Shown in pieces: positions 38,105 to 48,119 of a DNA stretch of 64,000 nt (the stretch's first letter is position 1; the number at the start of each line of letters is the position of its first letter). Position numbers and translations under genes: made by a program. This DNA comes from an uncultured archaeon (GTDB taxonomy: Archaea > Nanobdellota > Nanobdellia > Woesearchaeales > CAIVOO01), in assembly GCA_903904885.1 (NCBI GenBank), contig CAIVED010000044.1, forward strand, positions 5,579 through 69,578. Direction: 5' to 3'. Below the pieces are notes generated by a model that had not been told where the DNA came from, searched no databases, and was given only the letters and a program-made list of their open reading frames with translations.

Positions 38105-39133
38105 ATGAGATATGAAGAGCTTAAAAGTGCCGACCCTGATTGGGTTTGCAAAGGCAAACTGGAGGGCGCCACGTTCTTCGAGGCGTACCAGTTATCAATG
38201 GAAAAAGGGCTTGTCATCGCATCTCCTGCAGAACTTGAGGATTTCCTGTTAAAAAACCCTCAGTTTAATGGAGGGTATTTTGGAAGCGGTGAGATAATAG
38301 CCTATAACCGCGGATTGGGGAAGCTTGGAGATTTTGTTTTTTTCAAGAGCAAGGAAGGCTCCATAGCTCTGGATGTCCCAAGAGCCTATGTGGGGTATGA
38401 TGGATTTGTTTTCATAGATCCTCCTGCATATGAATTGGAAATGCCTGAGAAAAGGCAAATTAATATTTTAATTTCGGAAAGCCATACTAAATCTATCAGA
38501 CACCTCAAATCCCAATGTGTTCCTTCAAACTTGTTTTTACGGCAGGATTCTTCCTATGTCGGCCCGGCATTTGCTGGCGGGCTTTATCGGAAAGGGCGTT
38601 TCAGCACAACACTTTCTCCTTTTGACCTGCATAGCTATCTGCTGGTTGAACCGAAACCTGAAACTGCAGCCCTGCCTGCAAAACCTGAAGAAGATCTCGA
38701 GGCAAAGGTTGAGGCTGCGCCTGTTGAGTCTGTGGCGGATAATATAATTGTACCGCTACCAGCTCCTTCGTTCACAGTCATTAAAATATCCAATCTTGAT
38801 AAATATTCTGCCGCCCTTCATAATGCAAAAATGGGAGCAGATGGCCTCTTTCATGGTATGAAAGGCGGAGAAAGGGCCGGAAAGAGCGTTTTCGAGGGAA
38901 CCACGCATATGAAAAAACTAGTGGAGCTTTTGGATGCAGTTTCTCCGGATTCCGGTTCAATTAAATTAGACCTGGAAACTGCCCAGTATCAGAAACTTTT
39001 GTCAGATGCGCAAAAAAATTTGGGTTATATTAAAGACCATTCTAACCGAGAAAACAGAACACTTTGGCTCTGCTTTGAACCATTGCTGGACCTTCTCAAA
39101 TCTTCTCCGCCACAACCGCCTTCTCAAAAATAA
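38105..39133 (+). CDS. Orphan hypothetical protein
   Basis: 342-aa ORF with its own TATA; no motif recognised. Confidence 0.7.
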   Translation: MRYEELKSADPDWVCKGKLEGATFFEAYQLSMEKGLVIASPAELEDFLLKNPQFNGGYFGSGEIIAYNRGLGKLGDFVFFKSKEGSIALDVPRAYVGYDGFVFIDPPAYELEMPEKRQINILISESHTKSIRHLKSQCVPSNLFLRQDSSYVGPAFAGGLYRKGRFSTTLSPFDLHSYLLVEPKPETAALPAKPEEDLEAKVEAAPVESVADNIIVPLPAPSFTVIKISNLDKYSAALHNAKMGADGLFHGMKGGERAGKSVFEGTTHMKKLVELLDAVSPDSGSIKLDLETAQYQKLLSDAQKNLGYIKDHSNRENRTLWLCFEPLLDLLKSSPPQPPSQK

Positions 39134-40229
39134 ACAGATGCGCTGTTTTGTCCCCTTTCAAATGCTGTTCATATCTGGTTCGCTCTGTCCAGTAATCCTG
39201 GGGGAGAATCTTGTAGCGTATCAGAATCCTGCCGATTTTGTTTTTCTGCAGTGATTTCACAATGCTTTCAAAATCGTGGTGAACCACATCAAGCACAGCA
39301 AATGAATTCCTGAAAAACGGGCTTTCAACCAGCTCATCGGATGTTAGCACAGAATACTCAATTGGGATTGTTTTTGTGATTTTGGCAAGCTGCGCACTCA
39401 TCCCTGCCTTTACAACAGCAGAATCAACTTCATACAAATATTTCATCGGCAGATTTTTCTTGTTGACAACCGGCTCTTTTGTGTTGTCATTTTCCATCCT
39501 TGCGCCCGAAGGAAGTACAACAGCGGAAACATCTGTTTTTTTCAGGCTGCCGAAATAAAGGGTCAGCCGGTTCAGGTGGCCTTCGACAGAAAGGTATTCT
39601 TTTTCGCAGTCAAATTTAATGCCTGAAATCTGGGGAGGGAATTCGATTGCAATGTTTTTCCCGTATTTTTTCAGCAGCAGTTCAGGATTTGGGGATATTG
39701 TCTCGGCTTTTCTTTCCTTTTCCTCTGCCAACCGCTCAGGGTCGCAGAAGAAAATATCTGCATCTTTTATTTTTTGGATTATTTTATCATCAAGGGCATC
39801 GCCCAGGATAAATTCAACATTGTGGATGTCAAGAATCTTTGCGTTTTCAATGCAGTACCGCATTTTCCGTTCATCAATCTCAACTGCGTAGACCTTTTTG
39901 CATTTTCTTGCGAATTCAAATGCCTGCATCCCCACAGAGCAGCCCAGCTCTGCGATTGCATCGCATTTCAGCCGTTTTGCCCTATAATCGCCGACAATCT
40001 TCGGCGTTGCGAATCTCAAATCAGCCTGGTTGAAATAGAGATTGTCCGGAAGCCCCTTTGATTTTGCCTTTCGCCTTGCCAGGGCAATGTCATAAATCTC
40101 TTCAATCATCTCCATTTCAAGTTGCTCAATGATTGCTGTTTTGTATGCCCCTGCCTCCAGCATTATGTTTATCTTTTTTATGGCTGTCTCGATTCTCTTT
40201 TTTGGATGGATGTCAAATAGTGTAGCCAT
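39096..40229 (-). CDS. SAM-dependent methyltransferase, Tgs1-like core with THUMP-like C-terminus
   Basis: ATPKIVGDYRAKRL, ELGCSVG, VEID, FCDPER. Confidence 0.8.
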   Translation of the reverse strand: MATLFDIHPKKRIETAIKKINIMLEAGAYKTAIIEQLEMEMIEEIYDIALARRKAKSKGLPDNLYFNQADLRFATPKIVGDYRAKRLKCDAIAELGCSVGMQAFEFARKCKKVYAVEIDERKMRYCIENAKILDIHNVEFILGDALDDKIIQKIKDADIFFCDPERLAEEKERKAETISPNPELLLKKYGKNIAIEFPPQISGIKFDCEKEYLSVEGHLNRLTLYFGSLKKTDVSAVVLPSGARMENDNTKEPVVNKKNLPMKYLYEVDSAVVKAGMSAQLAKITKTIPIEYSVLTSDELVESPFFRNSFAVLDVVHHDFESIVKSLQKNKIGRILIRYKILPQDYWTERTRYEQHLKGDKTAHLFIFEKAVVAEKI

Positions 40230-40863
40230 ACTCTCCTCTTGCCGGGACAAAGCTGAAGGCCCCAAGGTCTTTTGCCTCATTTCCCTTTTTTGTTTTTTTG
40301 AGCTTTATCATCTTTTGGGTGTTTATCATCTTTTTGCTGTATTCGGGGCCCACAGGGGCAACCAGTATTCCATTTTCCCTGAGCTGCTCCAGCCATTCGT
40401 CCGGAATCCTTGGAATAGCTGCTGTGCAGATTATCTTATCATAGGGCGCTTCCTGGGGATAGCCCTTTGTTCCGTCGCCCCGGATTACAATAACATTGCC
40501 AATCCCTGCTTTCTTCAGGTTTCCTGATGCAAAGTTTGCAAGTTCCCTTAGGTATTCTATGCTTATTACCTTTCCTTTTTTGCATACCGCGCCCATAAGC
40601 GCTGCATTGTAGCCAGAGCCTGCGCCAATCTCAAGCACTTTGTCTGTTTCTTTTAATTCAAGCGCATTAAGCATTACCATAATTGTTGACGGCTGCGATA
40701 TTGTCTGGCCTGCCAGTATTGGAATTGGAGAATCCTCGTAGGCATATTTTTGGTCTTTTTCCGGGATAAAATCCTCCCTTCTTATTTTTTCAAATGCAGC
40801 GATGACCATTTCATCAATCCCCTCAACCCTGAACTTCCTTGCCAATAATTCTTTTTGGTTCAT
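40213..40863 (-). CDS. pcm: Protein-L-isoaspartate O-methyltransferase
   Basis: QTISQP, VLEIGAGSGY, APYDKI, LVAPVG. Confidence 0.95.
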   Translation of the reverse strand: MNQKELLARKFRVEGIDEMVIAAFEKIRREDFIPEKDQKYAYEDSPIPILAGQTISQPSTIMVMLNALELKETDKVLEIGAGSGYNAALMGAVCKKGKVISIEYLRELANFASGNLKKAGIGNVIVIRGDGTKGYPQEAPYDKIICTAAIPRIPDEWLEQLRENGILVAPVGPEYSKKMINTQKMIKLKKTKKGNEAKDLGAFSFVPARGEYGYTI

Positions 40864-41819
40864 TTCAGCACAACTATCTTCTTTGTCAAGCTTTTATGTA
40901 TGTAATTCTCAAACTCTTCCTCAATCTTAAATCCTGCATTCTTTATAATCTTTTTGTAGTCTATAAAGCCCGGAAATGAAACAACCGCCTTCTTGATTTT
41001 CCATGTTTTGATGTTCAGCAAAAAATTCAGGTACAGCTTGTCAGGTTTTTCTGTCACCTCGCTGTTCCTTCCGTAGGGCAAATCAGTTGCAACATAATCA
41101 CATTTAATTCTCGCTTTTGTCGCGTCATCAACCTGCAGATGCCAGTATTTTGCCTTGTTCTTCTCAAGGTTTTTTGTTGACAGATTAATCATCCTCGGGG
41201 AGATGTCGCAGCCGATTGTTTTCATTCCCATCAGCCCCGCCTCAACAAGGATCCCCCCGGTGCCGCAGAATGGGTCGCAGATTGTCTCATTTTTTTCCGC
41301 TCCGGTCAGGTTTACCATTGCCTTTGCGAGCTTGGGGTTTATTGCTGTTGGGTAAACTGCAGATTTCATTGCCGCCTTTCTGCCTAAATAGGACTTGTCT
41401 GTTTCGCCGAGAAAAATTCCAACATGAATCTTTTTATCGCATATCAGGAAAATCTTTGTTTTTGCTTCTTTCAAATCCACTTTGGGATTCTTGACTTTCC
41501 GCCAGACAAACTTAGCATATTCTGCTTCTGGCTTTATTGTTTTGCCATTAATCGCTCTTATGGAAAAACTTTCGTTGTAGACTGGCTGCCAGTCAAATTC
41601 CTGCATTTTTGCTTCCAATTCAGCAGTTTTGCATGAAAAAAGGAACCTGAAAACCGAATTTGCGTATGCGAGGCGCTTTTTTGCCTTTTTTATTTCATCT
41701 TCATCGCAGTCTGCAATCAGAATATTTTCTTCTGCCCTGAACTCCTTTTTCATAACCGCGCTGAACTCTGCATATGCCAGCTTAAGGTCTTCTTTGGATA
41801 GGATGAAGAGGGCTTTCAT
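40860..41819 (-). CDS. tRNA (guanine10-N2) methyltransferase, Trm11/TrmG10-like
   Basis: PKLAKAMVNL, DPFCGTGGILVEA, TDLPYG. Confidence 0.85.
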   Translation of the reverse strand: MKALFILSKEDLKLAYAEFSAVMKKEFRAEENILIADCDEDEIKKAKKRLAYANSVFRFLFSCKTAELEAKMQEFDWQPVYNESFSIRAINGKTIKPEAEYAKFVWRKVKNPKVDLKEAKTKIFLICDKKIHVGIFLGETDKSYLGRKAAMKSAVYPTAINPKLAKAMVNLTGAEKNETICDPFCGTGGILVEAGLMGMKTIGCDISPRMINLSTKNLEKNKAKYWHLQVDDATKARIKCDYVATDLPYGRNSEVTEKPDKLYLNFLLNIKTWKIKKAVVSFPGFIDYKKIIKNAGFKIEEEFENYIHKSLTKKIVVLK

Positions 41820-41981
41820 GGGTGTTCTTCTGGTTTAAACTATAAATATATTACTATTTTTTTACAACAACAAAATTCCAAGGGAATTTTGAGTTCCAAA
41901 AAACTGCCAAAATGCCAAAAATAAGGCATTTTTTTGGAATATCGCAAACTATTTAAAGCAAAAATGGTTTTTTGGCTGTTT

Positions 41982-42317
41982 ATGGCAAAGAGAGGACGTC
42001 CGGTTAAATCGCCCATAAGGCAGAACATTGTTGAAGTTCTTTATTTCATGGGAGAGGGATACGGCTATGAGATTTACAAAATCTACCGCGAGATTTTCCC
42101 GAAATGCACCCAGAAGTCAATTTACTATCATTTGAAAAAAGGCATCTCAACAGGGGAATTCATTGTTAAAAAAATCGAGAAAGAAAAGGGTGACTTTTCC
42201 TGGGGAAGCGAGGTTGAGAAGAAATATTACGCGCTTGGCCCCAATGCAAAGCCGAAAATTGACAAAAACGTAAAAGAAGTGGTTGAGGACTATGCAAAAA
42301 AGCGTAAGCGAGCCTGA
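41982..42317 (+). CDS. PadR-like winged-helix protein
   Basis: KRGRP N-terminus, GYGYEIYK, SIYYHLKK, KKYY.L. Confidence 0.75.
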   Translation: MAKRGRPVKSPIRQNIVEVLYFMGEGYGYEIYKIYREIFPKCTQKSIYYHLKKGISTGEFIVKKIEKEKGDFSWGSEVEKKYYALGPNAKPKIDKNVKEVVEDYAKKRKRA

Positions 42318-42897
42318 TAAGATACTGAGGATAGTGCTTTTCTCGGTTTACCTTGCATTCATAGTGTTCTTTGTTTTCCTTTTCTTCAAGGGATTGAAGT
42401 TTTCATTGATAGTGTTTTATGTTTCAACTGCGTATTTTGTGATTGTTTTCCTTTTCCTGGCAATAACAAGAAACCTTCATTTCAATATCCTGCTTAGCAG
42501 GAAGGATATACGCAGGACATTGTTCAGTTCCAATTTCCCGCTGACAAAATCCATGTTTTTCAAGGCAATATCCTGGGTGGCGATTGGCTGCCTTGCTGTA
42601 ATGACCGGGTTTTATTTCTATTTCGGGCTCTGGGTCCATGCAACCGTGCTTTTGGTTATCGCGCTATTCGCCTACTTCTATTTCAACCACCACAAGATTG
42701 GCATCCATGTAATAAGCGAGGGAATCGCCTTTGACTACGGCGAGATAATTGTTCTGCTGCAGTGGAGCGAAATTAAGAAAATAACAGTTAAAGGAAACAG
42801 CGTGGTTGCAGAGCTGAAGGAGAAGCGCATAAAACGAAAGTTCTACGTGAACAATCCCGAAGAATTCAGGAAGATTGTTAAGAAGTTCGGGTTTTAA
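42292..42897 (+). CDS. Membrane protein with four TMs and PH-like C-terminus
   Basis: Hydrophobic helices followed by EGI...WSEIKKI. Confidence 0.7.
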   Translation: MQKSVSEPDKILRIVLFSVYLAFIVFFVFLFFKGLKFSLIVFYVSTAYFVIVFLFLAITRNLHFNILLSRKDIRRTLFSSNFPLTKSMFFKAISWVAIGCLAVMTGFYFYFGLWVHATVLLVIALFAYFYFNHHKIGIHVISEGIAFDYGEIIVLLQWSEIKKITVKGNSVVAELKEKRIKRKFYVNNPEEFRKIVKKFGF

Positions 42898-43310
42898 ATG
42901 GCTTGGTACTTTTTATGATACTTAGCACCCATATATTTTTCTACTTTGCTTATCAAAGTTTTAATCTGATTATTGAGCAGGTAAATCCCGCCTGCGCAGC
43001 ATAAACAAATTGCATCAAGCATTAGCATATTTTCTCCATCATCCAAGCCTGCCAGTTTAGGCATGTGTTGTCCTGTGATAAAATAACACCCAAAATCAAC
43101 AATTGGTGCCCCACAAAAAAGAATTGTACCAACGTCACTGATTTTCGTTGTTAGTTCAGCAAAGACCAATGCATCTAAAGCTGCATGGTCTGCAGAATTA
43201 TTCGCATCCTTTAATAATTTCATAGTTAAGACATTAGTTATAAGACATAAATATATATCTTTCGGAAGACCAAGATACTTGAATTTTAAATATTCTTCAA
43301 CTTCCCCCAC
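42894..43310 (-). CDS. AT-rich orphan membrane protein (start uncertain)
   Basis: 138-aa ORF overlapping the end of the DUF2090 gene. Confidence 0.5.
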   Translation of the reverse strand: MGEVEEYLKFKYLGLPKDIYLCLITNVLTMKLLKDANNSADHAALDALVFAELTTKISDVGTILFCGAPIVDFGCYFITGQHMPKLAGLDDGENMLMLDAICLCCAGGIYLLNNQIKTLISKVEKYMGAKYHKKYQAI

Positions 43311-44170
43311 TCCTTCACAAACCCCTCAAACTCCCTTGCAATCATCCCAACCGCCTGCTTCTCGGTTATCTTCTTGTCGCGGTATTTCTCAAGCGGGCCG
43401 AAGAAGATTGTCCTTCCGATGGCGAAGCCGATTATTTCTTTGAATTGTGAAGCGGTTTTGAGCCAGGATTTGACCTGCTGTTTTGTTCCCGCTCTTCCGA
43501 GAACAATTATCTTCGCATCTTTTTTGTTATTTGACCTTACTGCGCTAATAACATTCTGCCAGTCTTTTCTCACAGGCATTTCCTCAAGCTTCCAAATATC
43601 AGGTTCAATTCCAAATTGGCGAATTTCTTTTATTGCTTTTACAGTAAGCCCCGGCCTTGATTTAGAATCATAAATCTTTGATTTCTGCGAATCCATGGGC
43701 GGGACAAGAAGCTCGAACATAAAACCAATTTTTTTAGCTTTGCAGAAGTCACTTATCTTTTTTAATCTCCTGAGCTGGATCAAATTGTCTTTTTTATTGG
43801 CAGGATTGTACCTAACAAGAACCTTTGCACAATCTGTCCTGAACTTCAGTATGTGCCTGCCAAAATCATTCCCGTATTCAAAATCAAAAACTTTCTGCCC
43901 GCTCTTTTCGGAAGTAAATGCAGTAAATGCCCCTATTTTTTTTGCTTTTCTCAGGATATCCGCGCCAAATTCCTGGTCCACAAATATTCCCAGGTTTTTA
44001 CCCTTTTGCTTATTGTAAACTTTCAGAAATCCATCGAATATTATTTTCTTATACCTGCTTACTTTAGAATGCTGCTCTTTTGAAAGCGGCTCCTGATAGC
44101 CGAACAATTCTCTGACAAAAGTGGCCCTGTGGTCAAAGGGCAGAATGCAAAGCCTTTCCGGAACTTTCAT
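43286..44170 (-). CDS. DUF2090 (IolC C-terminal, aldolase-like TIM barrel) protein
   Basis: LPFDHR, EKSGQ..FDFEYG, KVLVRYNP, PDIWKLE, GFAIGRTIF. Confidence 0.88.
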   Translation of the reverse strand: MKVPERLCILPFDHRATFVRELFGYQEPLSKEQHSKVSRYKKIIFDGFLKVYNKQKGKNLGIFVDQEFGADILRKAKKIGAFTAFTSEKSGQKVFDFEYGNDFGRHILKFRTDCAKVLVRYNPANKKDNLIQLRRLKKISDFCKAKKIGFMFELLVPPMDSQKSKIYDSKSRPGLTVKAIKEIRQFGIEPDIWKLEEMPVRKDWQNVISAVRSNNKKDAKIIVLGRAGTKQQVKSWLKTASQFKEIIGFAIGRTIFFGPLEKYRDKKITEKQAVGMIAREFEGFVKEWGKLKNI

Positions 44171-44225
44171 TTAGATGACTATTGCAATCAGGGTTATTAA
44201 AACTATCGATGCTCTCCCAGAAATC

Positions 44226-44413
44226 TCAGAGAATGAATATAACCAGGATAATCACAATCACAGCGACCCAGATAGCATTTTTTGCCAAAGGACTCAGGTC
44301 CTTTTTTTCATCTTCAATATTAACTCTTGTCCTGTCGTAGCTTAACAATTAAGGATCATCCTCTTGAACGCGTTCATCAATGCTGGTTTATTAATCTTTT
44401 GTTTTTGATTCAT
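44226..44413 (-). pseudogene. Possible frameshifted small single-TM protein
   Basis: Coupled ATG at 44413 gives a 23-aa ORF; the -1 frame continues ...DEKKDLSPLAKNAIWVAVIVIILVIFIL. Confidence 0.35.
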
Positions 44414-45109
44414 TTATCCAATAATCGACCCGCTCAGCCCGGAAAGAAGCGCCGGTGCCATGCCGAAGTAAACCAGGTAAAATGCAGAGAACAGCAGCGG
44501 AAGCTTAACCAGGCTTTGGGGCCACTGCCTTAAAACAATGCCCTGGAATAGCGCTGAGGCAATCACAATAGCAGAAAGAAAGCCATTGAGGTAAAAGTCT
44601 GTCTCGAAACCCAGGGTGAATGCCATGAAATAGTACATTAGGGGGATTATTATGACAAAAACAAACTGCACTGTCCAGGATGCAACCTCCGATTTTGAGT
44701 CCAGCTTTGCCTGGAGCCCGGAAGCCTCTTTTATTTTCTGCACAGAATTGTAAAGCAGGTTTGCATCATTTTTCCTGCTGGCAGCAGCAAGCATGTCGCA
44801 GATTCCTGAGAAGAATGGGTCATTTGCCTCTTTTGCTGTGCCGGATATGGCTGTTTCAATATCTGCCCCGCTTTCAATCTTTTCAACCATTTTTTTGTAA
44901 TAGTATGCGGAATCCGGCTGCTCTGAAGCAGCCTGCCTCAGCGCCTTTTCAAGCGACTTGGAGGCTGAAAAGTACTGGGCTATTTTTTCAAGCATGCCTA
45001 TCCTTGACTGGTCTGCGGATTTCTCAGAGGATCTTTTAACTATGATTATTATGTACACAACCAGGGATGCCGCAAAAATGCCCCACATAACGGATGAAAT
45101 GTCAGTCAT
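44414..45109 (-). CDS. Type II secretion F / TadB-TadC-like membrane protein
   Basis: TM, SLEKAL...IESGADIETAI helical platform pattern, C-terminal TMs. Confidence 0.6.
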   Translation of the reverse strand: MTDISSVMWGIFAASLVVYIIIIVKRSSEKSADQSRIGMLEKIAQYFSASKSLEKALRQAASEQPDSAYYYKKMVEKIESGADIETAISGTAKEANDPFFSGICDMLAAASRKNDANLLYNSVQKIKEASGLQAKLDSKSEVASWTVQFVFVIIIPLMYYFMAFTLGFETDFYLNGFLSAIVIASALFQGIVLRQWPQSLVKLPLLFSAFYLVYFGMAPALLSGLSGSIIG

Positions 45110-45623
45110 TTTTTACCCTCTTCATGAACAGCACAGCCATGAAAATTATTGCGCATACCATCATGGATAGTATCTTCACCGAATCATTCACAGCAATTGT
45201 CCCCAGCTCCGCTGCATTGAATATCTCTGCAAGATTAGCCATAAGATAAACTCCCAGGGGAATTATAGCAAAGAAGGAGAGCCATCCTAGCTTGGAAGTC
45301 ATCGATGATGAAATATTCTCAAAGCTCTCTGATTTCTCTTTCAGCAGGCTGTCCCTCAATTCGTCAAGCTTCTGCGCCGCGAAATCCCCTGCACCGAGCG
45401 CCTGCAGGAAGTTTTTAATTTTCCCGTGCTCTTCATTTACCTGGTTCTGGAGCGCGTCGCTGAGCTGCTGGCCTGTGCCTATTTTGGCCTGCACCCCTGA
45501 AAGAAAGCTGAACTCGCCTGAGAACTTTTTAATTGTTGAATCAATGCTTAATCCGGAAATAAGCGAAACCCTGAACTGCTCTATGAGCAGAATAAACCTT
45601 TCCTGAGGGTTGCTGAATGCCAT
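45102..45623 (-). CDS. Type II secretion F-like membrane protein
   Basis: LISGLSI...IGTGQQLSDAL followed by two TMs. Confidence 0.55.
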   Translation of the reverse strand: MAFSNPQERFILLIEQFRVSLISGLSIDSTIKKFSGEFSFLSGVQAKIGTGQQLSDALQNQVNEEHGKIKNFLQALGAGDFAAQKLDELRDSLLKEKSESFENISSSMTSKLGWLSFFAIIPLGVYLMANLAEIFNAAELGTIAVNDSVKILSMMVCAIIFMAVLFMKRVKND

Positions 45624-46591
45624 CAGATTCCCCCGGTATGGATTCTGATGTGGCCCGTTTTCAAGAGTTTTTCAGCCTCGCCTGATTTTAGCAGGTTGTT
45701 CTTCGCGCCGATGTGGGCTATTGTGCTTTCCGCATTGAACTGGCCAAGCCTTAGAGAATCTTCAAGCGACTTTCCCTTTATTATTCCTGCAGTCACGCCG
45801 GAGGCAAATGCATCCCCTGCGCCGGTGGTTTCGACCACATTTATTTTCCGCGGGATTACTGTGTATTTTTCTATGCCATTATAGGCATAGGCGCCATTTT
45901 TTCCATCTGTGATTATTACGATTTTTGCGTATTCCTGCAGCTTTTTGAGCATATTGTTGATATTTTCCTTTCCAGCAAGAAGCTGCGCCTCTTCCCTGTT
46001 CAGCACAAGAAGGTCGCAGTCTGTAAGTATTTCCTTAAGATATCCAATCCCTTTTTTTGCAAGATAGGTGCTTGGGTTAAAAGCATATTTTATCCTGTTC
46101 TTTTTTGCGTAGGCAGCTATTTTTTTAAGGGTTTCAAAAGACTGGCCAATCATTGATGAGAAATAGAACCATCTTGCTTTCAGCTTCCCGAAGCTGACAT
46201 CGGCCGGTTTCAAATCATCTGCCATGCCCTTGTAGGCAAGTATTGTCCGGTCCTTCTCAAGCCCGGTTATTATAACTGAGTAGCCGGTGTTGCCTTTTTC
46301 AGACCCGCCGATAAAATCAACATTTTCATTTTTCAGCTCACTGAGAACTTCCCTTGCGCTCTTGTCATCGCCAATCTTCCCCAGGTAGGCTGTCCTTAGC
46401 CCTAGCCTTGAAAATGAAACTGCGGTGTTGGTTCCCCCGCCGCCTGTGCAGAAATGAATTCGGTCAACCAGGATTTTGGTTCCTATCGGATAGCATACCT
46501 CATGAAGGGAATTATGTTTCAGAATCTCCGGATTCCTTGTTCCTATGAAAACGTCCTCTGTTGCGCTTCCTACAGTTATTATGTCATGCAT
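45623..46591 (-). CDS. PfkB family carbohydrate kinase
   Basis: GGGGTNTAV, NREEA, ETTGAGDAF. Confidence 0.93.
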   Translation of the reverse strand: MHDIITVGSATEDVFIGTRNPEILKHNSLHEVCYPIGTKILVDRIHFCTGGGGTNTAVSFSRLGLRTAYLGKIGDDKSAREVLSELKNENVDFIGGSEKGNTGYSVIITGLEKDRTILAYKGMADDLKPADVSFGKLKARWFYFSSMIGQSFETLKKIAAYAKKNRIKYAFNPSTYLAKKGIGYLKEILTDCDLLVLNREEAQLLAGKENINNMLKKLQEYAKIVIITDGKNGAYAYNGIEKYTVIPRKINVVETTGAGDAFASGVTAGIIKGKSLEDSLRLGQFNAESTIAHIGAKNNLLKSGEAEKLLKTGHIRIHTGGI

Positions 46592-46622
46592 GGTGAAAAA
46601 GAAATTAAAAAAAATAAAAAAA

Positions 46623-47015
46623 TTAAGATCTCTCAGCAAATGCGTAGAGCTCTTTCAATGAGACCACAATTCCTGCAGGCACTACCAATATCATTAGGTA
46701 TGTCAATAGTCCTTGCAAAAACTTGCCTATGAAATCAAAGCTTGAGCCCTGACCCACTATGCCCAGATATGTTGAGCCGAAGCCGAACATTATCACAAGC
46801 ACTGCGCTTGCAAGCAAGAAAGGCATTGTTTCCCTTGCTGAAATGTTTAGCAGCCCTACCAATATGCCCAATACCACCAATAGTGAGAGCACCACAGTGT
46901 TTGTTGCAACAACGGGGTTTATTATCGCTATTATTGCCCAAACAACCGCAAGAAGGACTCCCAGCAAAAAGGCGTACCTGCCAAGAAGGGCAGCTGTCCT
47001 TATTCCTTTTTTCAT
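46623..47015 (-). CDS. Four-TM membrane protein
   Basis: GGAGGTG SD; LGILVGLLNI...E..PFLLA. Confidence 0.8.
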   Translation of the reverse strand: MKKGIRTAALLGRYAFLLGVLLAVVWAIIAIINPVVATNTVVLSLLVVLGILVGLLNISARETMPFLLASAVLVIMFGFGSTYLGIVGQGSSFDFIGKFLQGLLTYLMILVVPAGIVVSLKELYAFAERS

Positions 47016-47135
47016 TATAACACCTCCTTTTTGAATATTTTTATGAGTCTTATATTATGGTTATTTAAAAAGGTTGCTATATAACTGAGGGGATTCCTGA
47101 GTCTTTTAATAAAACCAAAAACAACAGATATGCTG

Positions 47136-48065
47136 TCAAGCAATCCTATCAAGAACCCCGTGCGCATTAACTGCCCTTTCCTTCTGCTCCAAATCCAGCC
47201 ATTTCTTTCCCATCTTTGCAGACAGTTCAATTCGCAGAATCTCCTTTTCCCTGTTGGATACTCTTGCGATTTTGTCTGCTTCAATCAGGCCGTAGGGATA
47301 GCCGAGGAAAATCGGGTCGTTGGAAATGAAGGCAATCTGCCCCAATATTTCTGTGCCTGTTCCTGCCAGCAAATCACACCTGAACAAATAATCAGAGTCC
47401 GGATGCAGTTTTGCAATGAATGTCTTGAAATTCCCCGAATCAGAAACAGGAACATAAAACCTTTCCCCTGGCGCAGACCTGCTTATCAGAAACGGCAAAG
47501 ACTCCCCTGAAAAACCGACCATTGATGTTGTCTTTGAGATGGCGCACAAACCGGCATTTTTTATCCTTGAAGCTTTTATCAGCTTTTCAATTGCGTTCTT
47601 TTCCAAATCTGATTTTGTCTCCAGCGAGCCGTCAAGGACAACCAACTCTGGTTTTTCATTTTCAACCATCCTGCAGGCAAGATTAATCTCGGCAATCTTC
47701 CTTGCTGCATCTGCGAAAGACGAAAACTCCTGGTTCATAAAATAGAAAACCAGGTCGGTTTCAGTTGCAAGGGTTCCCTTGACATTTGAAATCCTTGTTT
47801 TAACCACAATCTTGTCCTTCTCGCGCTCAAGATAAAAGAATGCATAGAACTCTGCAATCTCTGTTTTTATCTTTTCCCTGCCGCTGAAAATTACACCGGC
47901 AGCCCTGATGAACTGGATTGAGAAATCCGCGCCTCCGGCAATTTCCGCATTTCCGCCATCAACAAACAAAATGCTTCCGGGTTTCGGCTCTATCTTGACG
48001 AATGATTTCGGAGGAATTTTTTCAGGATTCCCCATTCTTGACAGCTGGTCTATTATTTCCTGCAT
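47136..48065 (-). CDS. NurA-family nuclease
   Basis: FVDGG, VLDGSL, ISKT, GYPYGLIEADK.AR. Confidence 0.85.
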   Translation of the reverse strand: MQEIIDQLSRMGNPEKIPPKSFVKIEPKPGSILFVDGGNAEIAGGADFSIQFIRAAGVIFSGREKIKTEIAEFYAFFYLEREKDKIVVKTRISNVKGTLATETDLVFYFMNQEFSSFADAARKIAEINLACRMVENEKPELVVLDGSLETKSDLEKNAIEKLIKASRIKNAGLCAISKTTSMVGFSGESLPFLISRSAPGERFYVPVSDSGNFKTFIAKLHPDSDYLFRCDLLAGTGTEILGQIAFISNDPIFLGYPYGLIEADKIARVSNREKEILRIELSAKMGKKWLDLEQKERAVNAHGVLDRIA

Positions 48066-48119
48066 GATTCGTTTATTATTTTGACAAGATTTAAATACTT
48101 TGTTCGATTTACGCTCCAT

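Noticed and set aside
34040-48065. herA-nurA operon or HerA-based defence system
   Set aside because: The genes are ~12 kb apart with no mre11/rad50 or Sir2 partner in the window.
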